Assembly (NCBI GenBank): GCA_002269645.1
Contig: NIVC01000921.1
Location: forward strand, 186,001-250,000
Origin: Macrostomum lignano
Taxonomy: Eukaryota
Direction of reading: 5' to 3'
Length of the DNA: 64,000 nt
Under the pieces are notes generated by a model that did not search any database, was not told where the DNA came from, and was given only the letters and a program-made list of their open reading frames with translations. This document shows, in pieces, positions 51,529 through 61,225 of the stretch. Both the position numbers and the translations under genes were made by a program. Numbering within the stretch: position 1 is the stretch's first letter; each line of letters begins with the position of its first letter.

Positions 51529-54500
51529 CTGTTGTTGTTGTTGTTGTTAGTTGGCCCAAACGCGCCCAGGATCCATGCAGAACCTGGCCAGCGCGACCAA
51601 ACCATCAGGGTAATCGGACAAGTTGCTGAGGGAGAGCGGAGCTCCAATGAAGCGACGGCGGGCGGCCTCGAGAGCAGGGCACGCTGTCCAGTGCTCAAGG
51701 GTGTCTGGTTCGAGGAAGCACCTTTGGCACGTCGGATCCACCGTGGGGTCCATGAGGGCGCGGAAGGCTCCGAAGAGGCTGGAGTGGCCGGAGCGCAGCC
51801 GGGCAAGAAGGACAGCGTCTTTGCGGTTAGTAATAAGCCGACGTTCCTTTTCGGCGTCGGCGGAGGCATAGGTGAGACGAGATCTCGCGTGGGTGACCGG
51901 CTTGTCAACCAGAGTGCGGCGGATCACCGAGGCGGCAGTGGGAAAACTGATGCTGGGGCGCGGTGCTTCATCGGCGTTGGCGGCAGCGGAGTTAGCAGCG
52001 CGGTCCGCGAGTTCATTGCCCGGAATGCCGACATGACCCGGGACCCACAGGAGAGCGCGGCAGTTGTGCGGGAAGCGGAGGGAAGAGGCCAGGCGGCTGA
52101 AGGGACGCTGAAGGGCGCGCAGAAGAGACTGACTGTCAGAGCAGATGATGGCAGGGCGCGTGGGGTGCGAGCGGAGGTAGTCGAGGGCTAGGACCAGAGC
52201 GCGGAGTTCCTCTTCAAAGGAGCTGGTGTAGCGGCTGCCAGCGGACGTGCGGGCTTCCACGGTCGTCGGGACTGCCGGGTCTCCGATGGTGACCACAGCG
52301 GCCGCCCCGCCAGCCTCGGAGCCGCCGGCCGCCGAACCATCGCAGTAAATGACGAGCTCAGCCGGGTGAGACCGGATGACGTCGAGAGCGGCAAGACAGC
52401 GCTCCAACGGGGGCGTGGTGGCCGGAGGCAAAGGATTGTCAGCTAGGATCGCCGGAAGATGTTGGTCCAGCCAGGGGCATGGGAAGGCCGGTGTGAGCGG
52501 CAGACGCGGCGTGAGATCAATGCCAAGGCCATTGGCAAGCTGAGCCGAGCGGAGTCTCCAGCTACTGCGGGCGAGCCGGTGTTGCACGGTGCCCGAGAGG
52601 GCGATGGCGCGAGGATGGTCGTTGGGCAGCCTGAGCGCGCGTTCCCTGGCGATGAGGCAAAGGCGGTCGCTGGTGTTCCTGTAGCTGCCGATGCCGGCCT
52701 CCAGGTGCACAGCGTCAAGCGGCGCCGAGCGGTGCAAGCCCGTGACGATTCTGAGGGCCTGGTTTTGCGCGCGCTCAAGGCGCTCGAAGGAGGTGCTGGA
52801 AAGCCAAGGTTGCCAAGCCGGGGCCGCGTAGTTAAGAAGGCTCTGCTGCATAGCCAGGTAGACGCCGCGAAGGCGCTCCTTGCGCCAACCCCAGTCCCGA
52901 GCCGCGAGGCAGGACAGCATGCGGCAGCGGGACAGGACTCTGCTGCAGATGTCGTTGACGTGCGCGTTAAAGCTGAGCGTACGGTCCAGGGTAATGCCTA
53001 GGAGTCTAGGAGTGCTGCAGTGCCGAACTTGGGAATGCCCGATGAAGAGCGAGGGGCTCCAGCTCGCTTCGCTGGGGTCGGTAGAAAAGAAGGCGATTTC
53101 ACTCTTGTCAGCGTTGAGCACCATCTTGTTGGAGGAGCTCCAGGCGGTAACAGCGTTGAGGGCGGCCTGAAGGCGGGAGGCGGCCGTGAGCTTGTTGCGG
53201 TGCCTGCATCTGAGAGAGATGTCGTCAGCGTATAACGTGATGCCAACATCCTCAGGGATAACGGAGACGACAGGGTCAATGAAAAGCGTGAATAGCAGCG
53301 GTCCCAAGACGGATCCCTGCGGAAGGCCTTGGCGCATCGGCTTGGACTTGCTGAGGGACCCGTTGAAGGAAACCCGAGCGCGGCGGTCGCTGAGGAAGGA
53401 CGAAATCCAGCGAATGTAAGCAAGCGGGACACCTTTATCAGCGAGGATGGTGATAAGCTTCTCGCGCCACACTTTGTCGAACGCCTTAGAGTAGTCCAGG
53501 AGGGCGAGAATGGTCCTTTCGGCCGGTTTGAGTTGGAAGCCGTCGCTAATGTCCTGCACAACTCTGAGTAACAGGTCCTCGCACGAGTACATCGCACGGA
53601 AGCCAGCCTGGGCCGGCGAGATCCAGCCACGAGAGTTGGCGAGGTGTCTCAGTCTGGTGTCGATGATTCGCTCCAGAAGTTTAACGGCACAGGAGGTGAG
53701 GCTCACTGGGCGGAAACTGGAGATCTCTCTGGCCGACTTGCCGGCTTTAAGAAGCGGGATGATAATGGCGCAACGCCAGATGTGGCCCAGGGATCCGGTG
53801 TGCAGCGACATGTTGAAGATAAACAGCAACTCTAAGAGGGCTGCGTCCCCCAGGTGTTGCAACATGCGCGGGGAAATGTCGTCCGGGCCGGCGGCGCCGT
53901 TAGTCTTCTGATGAGCAATCGCTCCGCGAAGCTCCTCCATGGTGATGGGTGGGGTCTCCGCGGTAGCCGGCGCGTTGCTCCGCAGAATGGCTTTGGCGCG
54001 CCTGACGACCGCCCGGTCGTCACTGTCGATCTTGAGGCGACAGACAGAAGCATAGTGGCTGGCGAAGGCGTTGGCTTTGCTGCGGTTGTCAGTGAGAGAG
54101 CGTTCACCCACGAGCAGAGCCTCGTTGGGCGCGGAGGAGCCCGGGGAGCCGCTGAGGGACCTGATCAGTTTCCACGCCTGGCTCGAATCATGGCTGTGGT
54201 GCAGGTCGGCGAGGTATTCCTTCCAGGCAGAGTCTTTGGCGTCGCGGGTGAGCCGGGAAGCTTCGATGCAAGCGTCGAGCCACTCTTGACGCCTATGATG
54301 CACTTCGTGCCGGAGGCGGTTGCGGCGCTTGATGGCAGCTTTAGCTTCTTGGGTAAGCCAGGGCTTGGATTGTCTCTTAAGCCGGATTTTGCCTATGTGT
54401 TTGTGCGCCTGCTCCAGGATGATCTGATTGAAGCGAAGGATGCGTTTGTGAACCGACAGGCGGGACTTAGGGAGGTTGCGGAAGGCTTCCTCGGTGGCGG

Positions 54501-56196
54501 CGCTGAAGCCCTGCCAGTCGGCGCCCTTCTTGCGCCAAACCATGCGGCCAGGAGCCTTGTGCTGGATGGTAGCCGTGTGGAACCGGACGATGATAGGCAA
54601 GTGATCCGCCCCGAGATCTTCATCGACGCTCCAGTCGGCCTTCTCAGCCCAGCCCGGCGGGGCAGCCGTGACATCCGGGGTGCTGAGGCCTGCAGTGGCT
54701 CTGTTCACCCGGGTGTGGGAACCATCATTCAGAAAGCACATGTTGTGGGAAGTGCTCCAGTCCACGAGGGAGTCGCCACGCGCGTCGGGCGGTTGGGAGC
54801 CATCCCACAGCGGAGAGTGCGCGTTGACGTCTCCAAAAACTATCGTGTTGCTGTCGGTTGGGACGCAGTTCCATTCCGAAGCGGGAACAGGGTCTTCGCA
54901 AGAGCGAAGCGGCGCCGCATACAGGTTAACAGCTCTGAGCCAGGAGCGCTTGGAGATTTGGATGTCAACCTGTAGGACCTCAACCGGGGCCGAGTAGGTG
55001 TACGGTCCGCGACGAAAGCAGAGGTGCTCGTTGATGAGGAAGAGGAGACCGCCTCCAGACTGAGTCCCTGGCCTGTCCGCTCTGACTTGGGAGTAGCCGG
55101 GGGTCGACGGGAGCTGAATTCTGGAGTTGAGTTTCGTCTCCTGGATGACAGCGACGTCAATGTGGAGCTCTTTAAGTCTGTCCATGAGCTCACTGAGTTT
55201 GGGACATAGCCCGTCGGCGTTCCATTGCAGAAAGCGAATGCTGCTAGCCGAGGGAAGCGTAGAGGAGCAGACCGTGAGGGCAGTGGAGCGTACACGAGAA
55301 GACGCGGAGTGATCTCCAAGGTGACGGATCGACTGGCTGGAAGTGCCCGCGGGGGAGCAGGATTTGCAGAGCCAGGCTCCCCGGAGAGCTGAGTTGGCGC
55401 CTTCGCGCGTGAGGCCAGAGCAGCTCTTGTGGCTAGTGCCGCCGCAGACGGAGCAGGTGAGGCGAGGGGCGCCCTGACGAATGCTGGTGCCGCACTTGGA
55501 GCAGGTGGTGCGGGCGAGGGGGCGCAGTTCGTGGGGCCTGGCCGGATGGCGACCGGCAATTGAGCGCTGAGGGGCTGGACAATGCGCCTGGCAGGTCCAA
55601 GCAGGGGCGCCGAGATAACGAGAGAGGCCACTGCAATTGCGAGAACGGTGCACAAGGAGTGGGCAGTCGCTGTGGGAGCATCTGAGCGGAGCAGTGCCGG
55701 AACGAATGCGTGTGCCGCAAGCCGCGCAGAAGTCGATCGTTGGCGCTTGCGCAGAGCCGGGGGCGGGGGCCGGGGCGGCCGGGAGGGCCTGCCCGCGGAC
55801 GCGCCCCGCGGGGGCAGCGCTGTGCCTGGGGCACAGCCAGATACGCGCGGGGTCAGCCAGCTGGAGCCGCGAGAGACCGCTGCAGCGCGACTGTAGATGG
55901 CAACGCTCAGCGCAAGAGGCAGCGGCACATTGCGGAGAGTTGGTGGTGCGAATCGCTTTGGAGCAGGTCGTGCAGATGGGGCCCGGATTGAGTTCGACGC
56001 AGCCCAGCAGAAGAAGAAGCAGCACGAGCAGAGGAGCAACTTGAGCGATCACCGACCTGGCAGAGCCGAGGGCTCTAGCCAGGTGATAGTGAGGTGACCT
56101 ATGGAAAGGGGGTTTGGCGCTACGTCCGGGTCGCCGCGAAGAGGCACCCCCCATGACCGCGCCAGGAGGCGCTCGACTCCTATGGGAATCAACGGG
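51529..56196 (-). mobile_element. Apparently full-length, intact LINE (I-group, Ingi-like): single ORF with 2A-like motif, 3 PHD-like fingers, APE, RT, RNase H, C-terminal Cys/His motif
   Basis: No stop from 56196 to 51547. APE: FLQWNADGL, IQETKL, GDVNAH, DHLPI. RT: FRPVSLTS..VKLLER, QAGFR, LLDYSKAFD, GLPQGSVLGP, YADD. RNase H: IYCDGS, EELRAL, SDSQS, LWVPGHVGIPGNELAD. CQRC...EHWTAC. 3' (CAA)5 tail; (CAG)5 target duplication at 56197-56211 and 51514-51528. Confidence 0.95.
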
Positions 56197-56592
56197 CTGC
56201 TGCTGCTGCTGCTCCTGCTGCTCCTTGAACGGCGCCTGCAGCACCAGCATGCCGTCCCGGGTGAAGCCGCTGTTCAGCTTCTCTGCGTCCACTTCCTCCG
56301 GCAGCTCCACCGTCCGCTTCACCTCCGTCACGTCCTCGCCGTTCTCCAGCCGCGCCACCACCCGCACCTTCCGCTCCTCCCGCTTCACCGACACGTCCTT
56401 CGGCGAGAAGCCGCGAAGGTCCACAGTCCGGCTCCACTGACGCGGTCGCCTCGGACCTCTGTGCCGCAGCAGCTGCACCAGCGGGTCATACTCCGGCGTC
56501 AGCCAGTCGTCCAGCTCGCTCATGGCTGCCACGAGCGGCAGAGAGTGCGAGAACGGCGTGTACACGTTGCTCGGTGCGATCCACAGAGACAT
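51547..56592 (-). CDS. Chimeric 1681-aa ORF: sHSP first alpha-crystallin domain fused in frame to the LINE polyprotein
   Basis: First ATG downstream of the TATA box is at 56592 (MSLWIAP...); the frame is open to TAA at 51547. The GTG start at 56760 in the ORF track lies in the promoter. Confidence 0.8.
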   Translation of the reverse strand: MSLWIAPSNVYTPFSHSLPLVAAMSELDDWLTPEYDPLVQLLRHRGPRRPRQWSRTVDLRGFSPKDVSVKREERKVRVVARLENGEDVTEVKRTVELPEEVDAEKLNSGFTRDGMLVLQAPFKEQQEQQQQQPVDSHRSRAPPGAVMGGASSRRPGRSAKPPFHRSPHYHLARALGSARSVIAQVAPLLVLLLLLLGCVELNPGPICTTCSKAIRTTNSPQCAAASCAERCHLQSRCSGLSRLQLADPARIWLCPRHSAAPAGRVRGQALPAAPAPAPGSAQAPTIDFCAACGTRIRSGTAPLRCSHSDCPLLVHRSRNCSGLSRYLGAPAWTCQAHCPAPQRSIAGRHPARPHELRPLARTTCSKCGTSIRQGAPRLTCSVCGGTSHKSCSGLTREGANSALRGAWLCKSCSPAGTSSQSIRHLGDHSASSRVRSTALTVCSSTLPSASSIRFLQWNADGLCPKLSELMDRLKELHIDVAVIQETKLNSRIQLPSTPGYSQVRADRPGTQSGGGLLFLINEHLCFRRGPYTYSAPVEVLQVDIQISKRSWLRAVNLYAAPLRSCEDPVPASEWNCVPTDSNTIVFGDVNAHSPLWDGSQPPDARGDSLVDWSTSHNMCFLNDGSHTRVNRATAGLSTPDVTAAPPGWAEKADWSVDEDLGADHLPIIVRFHTATIQHKAPGRMVWRKKGADWQGFSAATEEAFRNLPKSRLSVHKRILRFNQIILEQAHKHIGKIRLKRQSKPWLTQEAKAAIKRRNRLRHEVHHRRQEWLDACIEASRLTRDAKDSAWKEYLADLHHSHDSSQAWKLIRSLSGSPGSSAPNEALLVGERSLTDNRSKANAFASHYASVCRLKIDSDDRAVVRRAKAILRSNAPATAETPPITMEELRGAIAHQKTNGAAGPDDISPRMLQHLGDAALLELLFIFNMSLHTGSLGHIWRCAIIIPLLKAGKSAREISSFRPVSLTSCAVKLLERIIDTRLRHLANSRGWISPAQAGFRAMYSCEDLLLRVVQDISDGFQLKPAERTILALLDYSKAFDKVWREKLITILADKGVPLAYIRWISSFLSDRRARVSFNGSLSKSKPMRQGLPQGSVLGPLLFTLFIDPVVSVIPEDVGITLYADDISLRCRHRNKLTAASRLQAALNAVTAWSSSNKMVLNADKSEIAFFSTDPSEASWSPSLFIGHSQVRHCSTPRLLGITLDRTLSFNAHVNDICSRVLSRCRMLSCLAARDWGWRKERLRGVYLAMQQSLLNYAAPAWQPWLSSTSFERLERAQNQALRIVTGLHRSAPLDAVHLEAGIGSYRNTSDRLCLIARERALRLPNDHPRAIALSGTVQHRLARSSWRLRSAQLANGLGIDLTPRLPLTPAFPCPWLDQHLPAILADNPLPPATTPPLERCLAALDVIRSHPAELVIYCDGSAAGGSEAGGAAAVVTIGDPAVPTTVEARTSAGSRYTSSFEEELRALVLALDYLRSHPTRPAIICSDSQSLLRALQRPFSRLASSLRFPHNCRALLWVPGHVGIPGNELADRAANSAAANADEAPRPSISFPTAASVIRRTLVDKPVTHARSRLTYASADAEKERRLITNRKDAVLLARLRSGHSSLFGAFRALMDPTVDPTCQRCFLEPDTLEHWTACPALEAARRRFIGAPLSLSNLSDYPDGLVALARFCMDPGRVWAN
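56197..56592 (-). CDS. Small heat-shock protein, 5' half (first alpha-crystallin domain)
   Basis: WSRTVDLRGFSPKDVSVK...KVRVVAR...EVKRTVELPEEVDAEKLNSGFTRDGMLVLQAP (HSP20 signature DGxLxxxAP), then a poly-Q linker. Confidence 0.92.
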
Positions 56593-56713
56593 GCTTGCTG
56601 TGTCGCTTGTAAATGATAGAGTTTGGCGATTGATTCGCTTTGCTTGAGATTGCTTTGCTTGCGGTTGCTTTGTGTGCTCGAATCCTGCCTCACTCTCGGA
56701 TCCAGCTGTCTCG

Positions 56714-56785
56714 CTTTTATAGACTGGCACTGAGGAAGCTTCTCGAATTTTCTTGCCCACTGACTCATTCTGGAAATTTCTAGAA
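56714..56785 (-). promoter_or_regulatory. Heat-shock promoter: TATA box + two 4-unit HSEs + AP-1-like site
   Basis: TATAAAA at 56721-56715 (-); GAAgcTTCtcGAAttTTC at 56735-56752; TTCtgGAAatTTCtaGAA at 56768-56785; TGACTCA at 56761-56767. Confidence 0.9.
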
Positions 56786-58324
56786 ATCGAGCCGCCTACC
56801 CAAATTTAGACAGCAAAATGTTCATATTTCTACTGCTAGTGAAAAAACGTGTACAAAAATATATACTTTATACTATTTGTAAGTTTGATTTTTAACCTCC
56901 CGATGAAACTAAAATTATGTATGTATTATCTTTCAAACATAGCAAGTTTAAACAAAATAGCAAAAAGTGAAACCATAAGTATAGTCAGCTATAACAATAT
57001 TTTCGGCTGTTTAAATCCCTAAAGCTGTTTATTTTCAATAATATCATCATAATTAAACTTAATTTGTCTTACACATACAATTCAAAGCCTTTAACTAGCC
57101 AAACAGAGCACTACGGACGCACAATTAAAGCATGGGCAGCTTTGCTATTAAGTCACTAAACATGAATGCTGGTAGCAAGGACTTAAAGTTACCGTAAGCT
57201 CACTATAGTTAAAAAGCTCGAGCCAGAAGTAAAACTATGTACAAAAAATGACATCAGCTGCCAGGAGTTTTGGAATTTTGCGAGCGTTTAGCTTATGTGT
57301 TTTTCCATGGATAAATTTATAGGTTTCTCTGAGATGCGGCGATGGGAGCTTAGGGCCCTCCTAGATCAGGATGCAGAATCCGCATTAGAGATGCGCAGGC
57401 AAGTTAATTGTCATTAACAGGCAAAGAGAGGGGTGGGGAGTTATCTAAGCTGAGAATAAATTGATAAACGAATAACAGGATGCCAGACGGAACCTATTGC
57501 GGGCTGGTATAGTGTACTATGTAGTAATGACCAATGCCGCACAAGCAGACTCAAAAAAGCAGTAATTGGAATTACGGTTTAAAATAGCTTACTGCAGAAG
57601 GCGAATTACAATACAAAGACGCCATTAAAGTGATTATTGACGATGCAAACCAAATTTCTGTTAAGACGTTTGAGAGGGGTTTGCAATTGTCTGACAATTC
57701 GATGGGGCTTATTTAAAAAAGCAGTTGGTTACTTACGACAGGAAATTACGTAGTTTACTATACAAATAGAAACTGTTAGAAGATGATATATGTTACAGAT
57801 TGACTGGGCAAAACTTTATGATATCCTTATGAGTCCTTGCTCCATGGATGGCAAGCAAAATCCCTATGGCTATGTGAACATTCGAGAAGAAAACAATGAA
57901 CTTCTAAAACCTGTCACTGTAGCTCTCTAAATACTATCTATATGAGATATATCCAGAATTATAGTCAATTATAGTGCAATATCCAAAGGTCAGTAGCCTT
58001 TGACGTAGTTATTGGTAACACATCAAAGCTGTTTGAGTTTTACAAAAATGCCCCCCCCTCAATGTCGCTTGAATTTGGAATTCTATGAAAACCGATAGAA
58101 ACGCACAGCAAGCTTGCTAATTGTCTGCATCAGTACTCCGTAAAGCCCATTAACTACTTGTACGATTGCATCCTAAAACCAAGAGCTGGCAAAGATTGCT
58201 CCAAGATACACTTACTTATGTTAAAGCTTTAAGCTGTTGTTGGTATTTTGCAATTCTAAGAATCTAAAATTTTAAACTGCGTGAGTCAAGTCAGCCGCAT
58301 ATATTTCGAACTCGGCGCTGCATC

Positions 58325-60541
58325 TTAGGCCTCGGCCACTGTGTAATCCAGAATCTCGCCAGCAGGGTGCTCAATGCTGTACCGCAGCACCAGCTCCTTG
58401 GACTCGCCTGGTGTGTTGGAAGCAACCAGGACGGCAGGGAAATAATACAGTGGAAATATTCTTCGACAAAAGATTGGTGGAAAGTATAGTATAAGTACCG
58501 TCTGAGCTATAACTTCTGAGCATGGTTTAAACTGATTTTCTCACCTTTTTCTAAACCTCTGCTATGGGGGGGGGCAACACAAACCCGAGAAATCTCTACT
58601 CCGAAAAGCGCTTCCCTTCATAAACCCGAAATATCATAAACCCCAAAATATCATAAACTCCGAAAGTTCTAGCAATGTTCAACACTATTTTGGTGTTGTC
58701 AGTATAGTCTTTTATACTGATTCTGTTCACTGTTAGTTCTGTTAGCCAGACAAAGAAACTTTTTCTGGTGCGCTTCGATTTTAAACAAACGTTTAATCAA
58801 AATGGTTCTTCAGTTCGTGACTGGAACAAAGGCTTGAATGCTCTGTAGAAAAACCCGAGGTTGGCTAGCCTCAGGAGTAGATAGCTAAAACTGGGTCTCC
58901 ATCGCCCTAATGAGGAAGGCGTGGCGGAATGCAATGGGCTGAGAAATAGACTCGCAGCTGTCCTGGTCACTGCGCTAGGCTTTACAAAGAGAGAAGCTCT
59001 GGATGGGAATTCGAGTCGACATGTTGAGAGCCGAGCCAGTGGAGGCCATTCCGAACCACTTAAGTGTTACTCGGTTTGGTCTGGCACTGTAACTATGTAG
59101 CTTGTAGAAGATAGGGGGGAATACTTTGCTAGAAGCCTTTGCCAGAGCAATGTTGATGCTGATTTCATTAAGCTACGCTCGGGTTTTATACTCAGAAATC
59201 CCATACATATGAGCATAGGTTTATGAATGTACTTTTGCCGCTAAAGAGTGAACTGTTGGATATTCTAATCCAGGTTTTGGAAGGCTTCCAACCGGAAGGC
59301 GCTAAATTCCATCGAACCTCTCAAATCGAGCGTACCAGCTTCAAGGTCGATGTCCCACTCGACATTGTTGGCCTTGTTGACGCGGATTGGTTTCTGCCTG
59401 TCGTACTTTTCCGGATGCTTCACCTGTGGCTCAATCAGGCTCACCTGGGTTTGAAGAAATAGCCATAGTTTAGTAAGTTAGATCGCTCGCCCGGGTTTTG
59501 TACTGCTAATCCAGACAACAGCCGACCCGCAGCTAGCGAGGAGGCAAGCAATCGAGCTCATTCCACTGAGATGTACGCAGGCACATGCTCACGCGCTCAG
59601 GCAAGTACGCACTTTGCGCCTTGGCATTGGCCTTCATAGGCGTGAATCGCGGATTTCCGTGCACGAGCCGATAGATAAATTAACATGGTCGTTCGACGAA
59701 TCGCACCCATGCAGAGACTTTGGCAGATTCAGACGCGTCACCGCTCCAGCACTCACTAATTAACCAAGCACCACCCTTAAAATGCTCACCTTGATCTTGT
59801 CTTCAACAGACAGTGGATAGGATTCCATCACTAGCACCCGAAGTGCCTTCTGATGATTGTTCTTGACCTCGATGACCTGCCGGTGTAGAAAGCTGACGGT
59901 TTTGGACTGGCCAGTGTCGCGCTTCTTGAACATTGGCTTGTAATTGATCTTGATGCCGTGGTCGGCGCCAAGCGGACAGCTGAACTCCTCTAAGGGTGCG
60001 GCCGCCTTCAACTCAGACTGTGTTGGAAGCGGAGATAGGGATGTTGCGAATCAACTGTATTCATTAGGGACTGTAGCTTGGAACTGTAGCTAGGAGCTGG
60101 GAACTGTAGCTAGGAGCTGGGAACTGTAGCTAGGAGCTGGGAACTGTAGCTAGGAGCTGGGAACTGTAGCTAGGAGCTGGGAACTGTAGCTAGGAGCTGG
60201 GAACTGTAGCTAGGAGCTGGGAACTGTAGCTAGGAGCTTGGAACTGTAGCTAGGAGCTGGAACTTTACCTTGGAGATGAAGTTGTTATCCACGTAGATAT
60301 TGGCCGGGCCAGCCAGCAGTGCGTACGCCGAAGTGTTGGTCACGTTGGCCTTCAAGTAGGCGTACGGAGCTCGCCGCGGCACCGATTCGTAGCTGAAGGT
60401 AGGGCTCAGATCAATGATGGCGATGGTCACCTTGTGCTGCTCGCCATCGGATGGGATGGTAAACAGGCGCGGCACTTCGAACTGTGTGCTCTGGACGTTC
60501 AGCGACGAACGAAGCGTCTCCATGAGGCGGATCTGGGTGCC
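58325..60541 (-). CDS. DUF4139-domain (C. elegans F37C4.5-like) protein, 3' exons: join(60269..60541,59790..60017,59336..59444,58325..58407)
   Basis: In-phase GT-AG exons encoding TIPSDGEQHKVTIAIIDL...VPRRAPYAYLKANVTNTS.YALLAGPANIYVDNNFISK|...CPLGAD.GIKINY...VIEVKN...ESYPLSVEDKIKV.LIEP...NNVEWDIDLEAGESKELVLRYSIEHP; upstream exons not found. Confidence 0.85.
60078..60262. repeat. 20-bp minisatellite (GGGAACTGTAGCTAGGAGCT)n
   Basis: Begins directly after the donor at 60268. Confidence 0.95.
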
Positions 60542-60644
60542 CTGAATTAGTTAGTCAATTATGAGAGGGTTTTTTAGTGCGATAGCCTCGCGTATTGAAG
60601 TATGGAGTGTGCGAACCCAAAGTTTCCTATAGAAAGTTTCTGTA

Positions 60645-61225
60645 CAAGTTACCCTTGGATTCGGATTAGTTAACCTTTGGATTCGGACGAGTTAACCTTT
60701 GGATTCGGACGAGTTAACCTTTGGATTCGGACGAGTTAACCTTTGGATTCGGACGAGTTACCCTTGAATTCGGATTAGTTACCCTTGGATTCGGATTAGT
60801 TACCCTTGGATTCGGACGAGTTACCCTTGAATTCGGATTAGTTACCCTTGAATTCGGATTAGTTACCCTTGAATTCGGATTAGTTACCCTTGGATTCGGA
60901 TTATATAGTTACCCTTGGATTCGGATTATATAGTTACCCTTGGATTCGGACGAGTTACCCTTGAATTCGGATTAGTTACCCTTGAATTCGGATTAGTTAC
61001 CCTTGAATTCGGATTAGTTACCCTTGAATTCGGATTAGTTACCCTTGAATTCGGATTAGTTACCCTTGAATTCGGATTAGTTACCCTTGGATTCGGACGA
61101 GTTACCCTTGGATTCGGATTAGTTACCCTTGGATTCGGAAGAGTTAACCTTGGATTCGGATTAGTTACCCTTGAATTCGGATTAGTTACCCTTGGATTCT
61201 GATTATATAGTTACCCTCGGGTTCG
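60645..61225. repeat. ~21-bp minisatellite (GTTACCCTTGGATTCGGATTA)n
   Basis: Direct inspection. Confidence 0.95.

Noticed and set aside
51214-56616. Plus-strand ORFs overlapping the LINE/sHSP (e.g. 51214..52191, 53854..54975)
   Set aside because: Antisense shadows of a GC-rich coding strand; no motifs.
56593-56760. N-terminal 56 aa of the 1737-aa ORF (GTG start)
   Set aside because: Overlaps the HSE/TATA promoter; the first ATG after the TATA box is at 56592.
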